Assembly (NCBI RefSeq): GCF_045207655.1 | Contig: NZ_CP108784.1 | Location: forward strand, 230,016 to 254,015 | DNA: 24,000 nt | Source: Embleya sp. NBC_00888 | Lineage (GTDB): Bacteria > Actinomycetota > Actinomycetes > Streptomycetales > Streptomycetaceae | Direction: 5' to 3' | Part shown: in pieces, positions 7,989 through 14,952 of the stretch | Layout of the letters: every line of letters starts with the position of its first letter | Position numbering within the stretch: the first letter of the stretch is position 1 | Program-made: the position numbers and the translations under genes | Notes under the pieces: generated by a model | What the model saw: only the letters and a program-made list of their open reading frames with translations | What the model was told of the DNA's origin: nothing | Database searches by the model: none

Positions 7989-8022
7989 GATCCCGGCGTG
8001 ACAGTCTCCCGTCACCGGGCTC
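7989..8022 (-). ncRNA. Group II intron domain V (inner intron)
   Basis: A 34-nt hairpin, GAGCCCGGUGAC-GGGA-GACUGUCACGCCGGGAUC. Relative to the outer copy the stem changes are compensatory. Confidence 0.85.
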
Positions 8023-8034
8023 TTACTGTCCTGG

Positions 8035-9297
8035 TCACCACACGCGCGGTACCGAAGGAACCCATTGCCAATGCACAAGCAGGCGAGGGTATCGCTTGAC
8101 GATCCCTTGCCAGCTCTCCTGGGCCTTCTTCCTTGACCGCAGCCGTTTGTATTTCTGACGGATCCATCGCACCAAGTAGGCATTGATGCGCGTCAGGAGG
8201 GGATACAGCGCCGATCTGTAGAAAGCGCCATAATAGTTTATCCAACCCCGCACGATCGGGTTGACCTCCCGTACGAGGTCCATGAAGGTGTGACCAGTGC
8301 GTGAGTGCAGCCTCCAAGACCGCACTTCTGCGCTGATCCTGTTCAAGGCATCCTTACTGATCGCAGGCAGGAACGAGGTAAACATCCTCCCCTCCTTGTC
8401 CCGCGCTCCGCGAGCCCGGAACGTATACCCCAGGAAGGTGAACGACGTGTACTCATGCGAGCCACGCCGCGTCCCGTCCCGGCAATAGACGATCCTGGTC
8501 TTCTCCGGATGCAGCGCCAGCCCGACCTCATCCATCCGCTCCGTTAGCGCCTTGAGTACAAAACGTGCCTGGCGTTCACTGAAACAGTGCAACACTGCAT
8601 CATCCACATAGCGTTCGAACCTGATGGCCGGGAACTTCCTGGCCATCCATGTATCGAAGGCGTAGTGGAGGAACAGGTTGGCGAGTACGGGTGAAACCGC
8701 AGACCCCTGAGGGGTTCCACGGTGGCGCTGCTGCAAGGTTCCGTCGGGTAGTTGCAGCGGGGCATTGAGCCACCGTCGCACATACAGCACCACCCACGGG
8801 AGGTCGGTGTTCGCCTCCACCGCTTTGACGATCAGATCCCACGGGACACTGTCAAAGAACTTCCGGATGTCGAGGTCGATCACCCAGTCGGCTTTCCAAC
8901 AGCGTCGCCGGCAGACCTCGACTGCGTCCAACGCGGAGCGCCTCGGCCGGTACCCATAGGAGTCCGGATGGAAGATCGGTTCGACCTTCCGCTCCAATAC
9001 CTGAGCCACTACCGTTTGCGCAATCCGGTCGCCCACAGTCGGCACCCCGAGAATCCTGGTGCCACCGCCATGCGTCTTGGCGATCTCCACCGCCTGCACG
9101 GGGGGCGGGAAATACGAACCGGAGGACATCCTGTTCCAGATCTTATACAGGTTTCCCTTGAGATCCTTCTCGAACTCCTCGATCGATACCCCGTCGACCC
9201 CCGGTGCACCCTTGTTCGCCTTGACCTTCTTGTATGCCTCCCAGACCGCCCGTTTCGAGATTTCGAACGGCTTGCCTGACGATTTCAACTCGTCCAC
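8035..9297 (-). CDS. Group II intron reverse transcriptase/maturase (RT + X domains, no En domain)
   Basis: GTG at 9297 lies 4 nt after GGGAGGAG; the listed ORF start at 9339 is further upstream. RT motifs: KGAPGVDG, PPPVQAVEIAKTHGGGTRILGVPTVGDRIAQ, FHPDSYGYRPRRSALDA, DIRKFFDSVPW, RGTPQGSAVSPVLANLFLH, the active-site variant YVDDAVLHC, and HPEKTRIVYC. Maturase/X region: FLGYTF...VNPIVRGWINYYG...RINAYLVRWIRQKYKRL. The protein ends 12 nt before domain V, and no HNH/En motifs are present. Confidence 0.9.
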   Translation of the reverse strand: MDELKSSGKPFEISKRAVWEAYKKVKANKGAPGVDGVSIEEFEKDLKGNLYKIWNRMSSGSYFPPPVQAVEIAKTHGGGTRILGVPTVGDRIAQTVVAQVLERKVEPIFHPDSYGYRPRRSALDAVEVCRRRCWKADWVIDLDIRKFFDSVPWDLIVKAVEANTDLPWVVLYVRRWLNAPLQLPDGTLQQRHRGTPQGSAVSPVLANLFLHYAFDTWMARKFPAIRFERYVDDAVLHCFSERQARFVLKALTERMDEVGLALHPEKTRIVYCRDGTRRGSHEYTSFTFLGYTFRARGARDKEGRMFTSFLPAISKDALNRISAEVRSWRLHSRTGHTFMDLVREVNPIVRGWINYYGAFYRSALYPLLTRINAYLVRWIRQKYKRLRSRKKAQESWQGIVKRYPRLLVHWQWVPSVPRVW

Positions 9298-9877
9298 GCG
9301 ACTCCTCCCGGGCATCAGCCCGGTTGATCGAACGAACAACAGTCACGGACAGCCCGGCCCCTTCGCTCCACCCCCATTACAGGAGCTTCATCACTACTAC
9401 GAACCGGTCCGCCGGCGGACCCCAACTCGGTACTCAGCTCCTTATGGTTCCTGCCACTTGGAGCGCTCCCTTTCGCCTACCCGAAGGTTGACGGCATGGG
9501 GCCCGCCTTCTCCCGTTCCATACGGAAGCGGCAGATCAGGATCACGTCGTCTACATGCCGGACACCGCCTGGCCAATAAACGGGCACCCGCCAGACTGGT
9601 CCCGGGATAACTGCAACATCCCGGTTTTGATGTCAGTTGTTCGTGTTACGACACGTCAGCAACGATTCGCTTGCGCTCGTCTTCCTGATCCCTACCTGAC
9701 GCCTCACGGGCGCCTTTTCCTCATCGCTCACCACGACGGTCTTCAGCCAACGCAGCATGAGGCGGTTTCAAGCCTCCCCCCGCAGGGCGACTTCGAAGGG
9801 CCTTCCTTCATCTTCCGTACAGCACCGCGTCAAATAGCTCTACCTACATAAAGCTCCCCTTCGCGTTCGGGACACAC

Positions 9878-10694
9878 TGCAGTACACGATCCGGGTCTTG
9901 TCCGGGTGCAAACGCAGCCCGACCTCGGCCATCCTGTCCGTGAGCGCGGTCAGGACCTCGCGGGCCTGGCGCTCGGTGACGCAGTGCAGCACCGCATCGT
10001 CCGCATAGCGTTCGAACCAGATGGTCGGGAACTCCCGGGCCATCCACGTGTCAAACGCGTAGTGCAGGAACAGGTTTGCCAGAACAGGAGAAACCGGGGC
10101 CCCTTGCGGGGTCCCACGTTCCCGTTCCACCAGGGAGCCGTCGGGCATGACGAGCGGGGCAGCGAGCCACCGCCGCACGTACAAGTTCACCCAAACGGCG
10201 TCGGTGTGCGCTTCCACCGCCTTGAGCAGCAGGTCCCAGGGCACGCTGTCGAAGAACCTGGCGATGTCGAACTCCACCACCCAGTCCCGCTTCCAGCAGC
10301 GCTCCCGGCATTTCGCCACCGCGTCCAAAGCGGACCGTCCAGTCCGGTATCCGAAGCTGTCCGGATGGAAAGCCGGCTCCACCCTCCGCATCAGATGCCG
10401 GGCCACCACGGTCTGTGCCACCCGGTCGGAGACAGCGGGAATGCCGAGCATCCTCGTGCCACCACCGTGCGGCTTGGGAATGGCCACCGCACGCACCGGC
10501 GGCGGAAAGTAGGAACCCGACGACATCCTGTTCCAGACCTTGTACAGATTGTTCTGAAGGTCTTTCTCGAAGTCGGCGATGCTCTGCCCGTCCACCCCAG
10601 GAGCGCCCTTGTTCCCCCTGACTTCCTCCCACGCCTCCTTGACTTCCCATTTCGAAATATCAAACGGCTTGACCTGAGACTTCAACTGGCCCAT
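9878..10694 (-). CDS. Outer-intron RT/maturase ORF, 5' segment (split by the inner intron)
   Basis: ATG at 10694 lies 4 nt after GGGAGGAG. The sequence MGQLKSQVKPFDISKWEV...KGAPGVDG...YADDAVLHC...HPDKTRIVYC runs up to the inner intron's 5' splice site. The read-through tail SVSRTRRGALCR* is intron sequence. Confidence 0.85.
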
Positions 10695-11714
10695 CGAACT
10701 CCTCCCGGAGAACATCCGGTTGATGCGATCAACACAGTCACGAACGACCCGACCCCTTCACTCCACCCCCGTTACAGGGGCTTCATCGCTACTACGAGCC
10801 GGTCCGCCGGCAGGACCCGCGTCGGTACTCGACCCCTTGCAGTGTCCGCTGCTTGGGGCACTCCCTCTCGCCCGCTACTACGCGGCGGGCAGTATCGGAC
10901 CTGCCTTCTCCTGTTCCACGCGGAAGCCGCAGACCGGACTCACGTCACCTACATGCCGGACACCACCTGGCCAATAGGCGGGCACCCGCCAGGCTCATCC
11001 CGGAGTTCGTCTCACACCCCGGTTCCGATGTCATCTGTCTGTCTTTCGACACGTCAGCAGCGATTCACTTGCGTTCGTCTTCCCGGTCCCCACCTGACGC
11101 CTCTTACGACGCCTTTTCCTCATCGCTCACCACGACGGCCTTCAGCCAACGCAGCATGAGGTGGTTTGGAGCCTCCCCCGCAGGGCGACTCCGAAGGGCC
11201 ACAAAACCTTCATCATCCGCACAGCACCACTCATGGAAGCTGTCCTACGACCAACTCCCTTTCATGTTCAGGACACAAGAAACGGGACACCTCCTCGCAC
11301 GGCCGCAGGGTCAGCGCTGCATGTCCGCAGATTTAGACCCCGGATGACACTCGGATACCGCGAATCTCGGAACCGGCACCGAGAGGGCGACGCGTGCTCG
11401 GCCGTCCTCGCGGGTTCGGCGCGCCCCATATGCCGATTCGAACCCGCGTTCTGCTCGGCGGAGGGCTGCATCTGTAACACCTGCGCGGTCTGTGGGACGT
11501 GAAAGACACTGTCGAGTCGTTGACGGTGGTGGTCCGTCCTGCCTGGCAGACCGGACCGCGAGCTTCCTCGTCGACCCGACCGCATCCTCGGAAGCGGGTG
11601 TCTCGCTGCGACCGGGCCAAAGGCCGTGGAGCTTGCAGCGATCCCGGCGCCGAGCGGATGCCTCGCGAGCGCGTGACGACGGTGGTCGGCGGGGCCCGCC
11701 ACAGAGTCCTGTCC

Positions 11715-11741
11715 GGGTCGGGCGGCGTTTCCGCCCGACCC
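11715..11741. other. Perfect 11-bp GC-rich hairpin (GGGTCGGGCGG-CGTTT-CCGCCCGACCC)
   Basis: Read directly from the sequence. There is no U-tract on either strand. It lies in the otherwise unassigned 11.3-12.1 kb stretch and could be a factor-independent terminator of the Streptomyces type or another RNA element. Confidence 0.3.
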
Positions 11742-12110
11742 GACCGGTGGCAATTCATACCTACGAGCCCTCGGCGGTCGGCGGGGCGCGCCGGACGGGT
11801 GCAAGAGGGTGGGGAGTCCGTCGAGGCGTGGGCGACCCGCTTGGTCGGCGCCGACGCTTCAGCAGGCAATGGTCCGCCGGCTCCAGGCGATGTGCTCCGC
11901 CTCAGCCACCGCTTCACGACGTACCTCGAACGGATCACGCCCGTCGGTCCGTTCGGGATAGCGGCGGGCCGGTGCGCGGCCTCGGCAAAGTACAGGGCCA
12001 AGCGGAGACGTTCGGGGCTGACGAAACGAGCGTCGAAGGTCTCCGAACTTCCGCCTTGAGGCATCTGGCTCTGGGTAAGGAACGCTCCCTCCAGCACCCG
12101 CAGATACGGA

Positions 12111-13232
12111 GTGGCAGGGGGCTTTCCACAATGCCAGCCGCCGGCGATGGGTGCCGTGTCCGGGCAGACTTTCGATGCCCACGGCACCCATGCCTGTCGC
12201 CCCCCACACGCGAGTCGCGAGCGTGTCGAGAACCGCGCGTTCGATCGCCTCGGCGTCTCGGCCCGTGGGGGTGCCGAAGTCGGCAAGGAGCCGCCCGCTC
12301 ACGCTGCCCTGTACCGCGCCCTGCTCGACCACCGCGTGGACCCGAGCCCGGCCATGGTGCATCGCACCATGGCACTCGTGCGTGCCGCCGGCACCCGCTC
12401 CGCCGGCATCAACCCCGTCTACGCGCACACCCTCATGGTGGCCTGCTCCCACCCCCGCCACGCGCGCCTGTACGCCCGCATGGTCGTCGAGGCCGCCGAC
12501 CACCGCGCCATCACCCGCCACGCGGTCCGCCTCCGACAGGTCGCCGCCGCGGACCTCGCCCGCGACGGTATCGACGACACCCTGGCCCATCACCAGGCCC
12601 TGCACACCGCCCTCGACGACCTCGCCCACCGCTGGGGCGAACCCCGACCCGCCATCACACCAAGCCCAATCCACCCAAACCCTCCTGAGTCGCCCTGCCC
12701 GCGTGTCCTGAACGAGGAACAGACCCTGATCGCCGCGCTGATCATGGACCCCACACCGCTGGACGACATCATGCGCTGGCTCCACCCCGAGGACTTCATC
12801 GACCAGACGCACACGGTCCTGTACGGATGCGTGACGGCCCTCGTCCGCCGCGGTGAGACCGTCGATCCCCTGACGGTGCTGTGGGAGGCCCAACGCCGCG
12901 GCCACCTGGCCGACGACAACCTCGATCCCGAACTTGTCCTGAACATAAGCGCATCCGGCGTCGCCGGGAGCAGCGACTACTGGGCACGGCGCGTCGTGCG
13001 CACCGCACTCCTTCGAACCGCCGTCGTCGGCGCCCGCGCCGTGCGCGCACTCGCCGACAACCCGACCCTGTCACCTCGGTCACTTGTTTGCGCAGCACGC
13101 GAAGCGCTCGCTCCGCTGGATGCGACCCGCGCCCGTTGGCACACCGCAACGCGGCTCCCCACGAAGGCTCCACGCCGTCACGCACCCGGGCGGCTTCGAC
13201 CGCTGCCGACCGCTCGCCCACCACGAGTTTAA
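12111..13232 (+). CDS. DnaB-helicase N-terminal-domain-containing protein (no helicase/ATPase domain); start uncertain
   Basis: The C-terminal half matches the DnaB N-terminal domain pattern: EEQTLIAALIMDPTPLDDIMRWLHPEDFIDQTHTVLYGCVTALVRRGETVDPLTVLWEAQRRGHL...SSDYWARRVVRTALLRTAVVGARAVRALA. The N-terminal half is a more degenerate second copy: HAALYRALLDHRVDPSPAMV...INPVYAHTLMVACSHPRHARLYARMVVEAADHRAITRHAVRLRQVA. No Walker A motif anywhere. The start at 12111 is GTG with a poor SD. Confidence 0.7.
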   Translation: MAGGFPQCQPPAMGAVSGQTFDAHGTHACRPPHASRERVENRAFDRLGVSARGGAEVGKEPPAHAALYRALLDHRVDPSPAMVHRTMALVRAAGTRSAGINPVYAHTLMVACSHPRHARLYARMVVEAADHRAITRHAVRLRQVAAADLARDGIDDTLAHHQALHTALDDLAHRWGEPRPAITPSPIHPNPPESPCPRVLNEEQTLIAALIMDPTPLDDIMRWLHPEDFIDQTHTVLYGCVTALVRRGETVDPLTVLWEAQRRGHLADDNLDPELVLNISASGVAGSSDYWARRVVRTALLRTAVVGARAVRALADNPTLSPRSLVCAAREALAPLDATRARWHTATRLPTKAPRRHAPGRLRPLPTARPPRV

Positions 13233-13305
13233 CTCCCACGTCCCCACCAGCCCCGCCCCCCAGCGGGCCGAACGCGGAACATCCCTCGGCCACCGGGAGA
13301 CGCCC

Positions 13306-13590
13306 ATGACCGAAAACGCCTACCCCGTCTCATACCTGCGCCACCCACTCCACGTCGCCCAAGCGGTTGAACAGATCCGCCAAGCCCTCATCGACCCCCG
13401 TGCTGCCATCCTCACCGGCCGGTCCCCCGCCACCGGGGCACCTGGAACCGTCGCTCAACTGGCCTCGCTCCACGGCGTCCTGGCCTCCCTCGCCGCGCAG
13501 ATCAGCGACGAGATCACCGCCCGCTCCGACGTCCACGCGCGCACGGCGGCCTCCCGGACCACGACCGACATGTTCGTCGACGCTTCGTAG
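13306..13590 (+). CDS. Hypothetical small protein (94 aa), possibly the 5' part of a decayed longer gene
   Basis: ATG at 13306 lies 5 nt after GGGAGA. The sequence is MTENAYPVSYLRHPLHVAQAVEQIRQALIDPRAAILTGR...DMFVDAS*, with high GC3. Coding-like sequence continues past the TAG (see findings). Confidence 0.5.
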   Translation: MTENAYPVSYLRHPLHVAQAVEQIRQALIDPRAAILTGRSPATGAPGTVAQLASLHGVLASLAAQISDEITARSDVHARTAASRTTTDMFVDAS

Positions 13591-14090
13591 TACGCGAGCG
13601 ACGCCCTCGTCCACCTCGCCCAGGCCGTACGCCACGCCCAGGAACGGCAGGCCCTCGTCAACGGCGAACCCACACCCGAGGCCGATCCATCGCAGGCTCT
13701 TCCAGTACCTGGCCTACCGACTCACGGCCGCGACAACGGAACTGGGCCACCTCACATCGGCATTGCGCAGCGACCACCACGCGAGCGGCCACACCTACCC
13801 GTTTCCCACCAAGCGCGTGGTCGGCATCACCCCAATGGCCGGAAGCATCGTCGACGAGCAGTTCGCACTCGCCCACGCCCCCCACACGCGTGAGGCCGCT
13901 CTTCGCCGCTCGACGAGGCTCACCCCCATCTGCCCGACAACGGAACCGGGGCCGGGTGCGCACCCCGAACTCAACGAACCCCACCATTTGTTCCGAAGCG
14001 GGCACTAAGCCGTGCGGCAGGCCCTGATCTGGACTGATTTCGGGGATGCGCGAGGCACTTCGACAGCCGGTCGCCATAACGGCTGGGCGT

Positions 14091-14190
14091 CCATTGCACT
14101 TGGCTGAAACCGACAGTTGGGTATCCGTTGCATTTGGCGGAAACATGTCGGTTGGTTCGTCAATTGGCTGGAAGAACAGCCCCATTGTCA
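14091..14190. repeat. Degenerate tandem direct repeats, about 34-36 bp unit, 2 good copies plus 1-2 partial
   Basis: Unit 1, 14091-14124: CCATTGCACTTGGCTGAAACCGACAGTTGGGTAT. Unit 2, 14125-14160: CCGTTGCATTTGGCGGAAACATGTCGGTTGGTTCGT. A partial third copy is CAATTGGCTGGAAGAAC (14161-14177), and CCCATTGTCA (14181-14190) resembles a unit start. The repeats lie in a lower-GC non-coding spacer. Confidence 0.6.
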
Positions 14191-14550
14191 GCCCGGACCC
14201 CACAGCGTGCTGTCGACCCAAGCAAAAGGCCCCAGCATGCTGTTCGCCCGCTACTATTCCCCTTCAACGCCATCTGACCTGCGGTGGAGCAAGATCACCC
14301 GAACCTGCGCGCAGGGACCCGGCGCCCCAAACCCCGAGTGAAATACTTCATGGTTGGACGCAATTTCGGCATGTATCGCCGGTAGGCGAGTGCGTTGCAT
14401 CACTTACTACGCACCCCGCGAATTACGGCCGATGATCGTGCCTGTCTTGATCCTTACTTACCTTCATCGCCATCCCCTGTGATTATTTTGTGTGTTCAAC
14501 TTCGTTCGATATCCGCCCCGCCTGCCTTCACTGAAAGAGGTAATTTCGTG

Positions 14551-14841
14551 ATGAAGCTCAAGCGTGCAGCAAAACTCGTGGCCGCGTCCGGTGCGCTGAT
14601 CGTGGCGGTCGCCACCCCTGCAATGGCGACCATCGACTACCCCAGCGGCGGAACCTGGGACCACGGGGCCGGCACAGCCACCGTGTGGTCGCACTACCAC
14701 CACCCGTCCGTCTGCCACGGCTCGACCTCGGTCGGCACCTACACCGAGCGCGCATCGGCGGGTGCCGGATCCTGGTCCTACACGAGCGCCACCGCCAAGG
14801 CGTGGGGCAACGAGACCTACTACAGGACCACCTGCAACTAG
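14551..14841 (+). CDS. Lactococcin 972-family bacteriocin precursor (96 aa; predicted 26-aa Sec signal, 70-aa mature peptide)
   Basis: AAAGAGG SD lies upstream of GTG 14548 / ATG 14551. The signal peptide is MKLKRAAKLVAASGALIVAVATPAMA|TIDYP. The mature N-terminus GGTWDHGAGTATVWSHYHH parallels the Lcn972 signature EGTWQHGYGVSSAYSNYHH as I recall it. Genomic context is the family's canonical three-gene operon. Confidence 0.85.
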   Translation: MKLKRAAKLVAASGALIVAVATPAMATIDYPSGGTWDHGAGTATVWSHYHHPSVCHGSTSVGTYTERASAGAGSWSYTSATAKAWGNETYYRTTCN

Positions 14842-14859
14842 CAGTCAGCACGCGTAGCA

Positions 14860-14898
14860 GCCTCCGAAGGAGCCGTGCACCGCGGCCCCTTCGGAGGC
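14860..14898 (+). terminator. Stem-loop between the bacteriocin gene and the downstream membrane/ABC genes (terminator or attenuator)
   Basis: Perfect 11-bp inverted repeat GCCTCCGAAGG (14860-14870) / CCTTCGGAGGC (14888-14898), with additional inner GCCG/CGGC pairing. It starts 19 nt after the stop codon. The downstream T-tract is only weak (GCGCTTTCCCC). Confidence 0.55.
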
Positions 14899-14952
14899 AT
14901 GCGCGCTTTCCCCATGGCCGGCCGATCCCTCTCATAGCCCTGTAGGACACGC

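Larger units (their letters stand above)
7949..9877 (-). mobile_element. Inner group II intron (1929 nt) with an intact RT/maturase ORF
   Basis: The 5' end reads GUGUG at 9877-9873. The EBS1 loop UGCAGU (9615-9610) is complementary to the 5' flank ACUGCA (9883-9878). Domain V is GAGCCCGGUGACGGGAGACUGUCACGCCGGGAUC (8022-7989). Domain VI is a hairpin with a bulged A, and the 3' end reads ...CCACCCGAC (an AY terminus). Removing exactly these coordinates restores the host ORF in frame. Confidence 0.9.
7415..11278 (-). mobile_element. Outer group II intron, interrupted by a second intron; the 5' end is well supported, the 3' end is +/- 2 nt
   Basis: The 5' region is collinear with, and about three-quarters identical by eye to, the inner intron's 5' region. 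The EBS1 loop GAGACG (11013-11008) pairs with the 6 nt CGUUUC (11284-11279) immediately upstream of the aligned 5' end. Domain V is GAGCCGUGUAACGGGAGACUGUUAUGCACGGUUC (7490-7457). Domain VI is GAG-AGCCGAGGGG-UGAAACU-CCCCUCGGCU-A(bulge)-CUC, followed by GGCAC. Length without the insert is about 1935 nt, against 1929 nt for the inner intron. Confidence 0.85.

Noticed and set aside
11296-11300. Canonical GUGCG (minus strand) as the 5' end of the outer intron
   Set aside because: It lies 22 nt upstream of where homology with the inner intron begins. It would also put the EBS1-complementary CGUUUC inside the intron, so the aligned UUGUG start at 11278 is preferred.
11435-11445. tRNA-like GGTTCGAATC (minus strand), a possible tRNA or att-site remnant
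   Set aside because: The flanking bases cannot form a T-stem (GCGGG versus CGGCA). I could not build an acceptor or anticodon arm on either strand.
11333-12688. Long ORFs 11333-12286 (-) and 11492-12688 (+)
   Set aside because: The composition is typical of non-coding frames in high-GC DNA. Only a stretch of about 40 codons after ATG 12057 (-) looks protein-like, and that is reported separately as a low-confidence fragment.
14091-14190. Possible CRISPR array
   Set aside because: There are only 2-3 degenerate units directly abutting one another, with no unique spacers, no palindromic repeat core and no cas genes. It is treated as a tandem repeat or binding-site array instead.
13658-14221. 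187-aa minus-strand ORF
   Set aside because: No motifs. It is partly antisense to the better-supported plus-strand coding signal at 13690-14008 and otherwise runs through the lower-GC repeat spacer.
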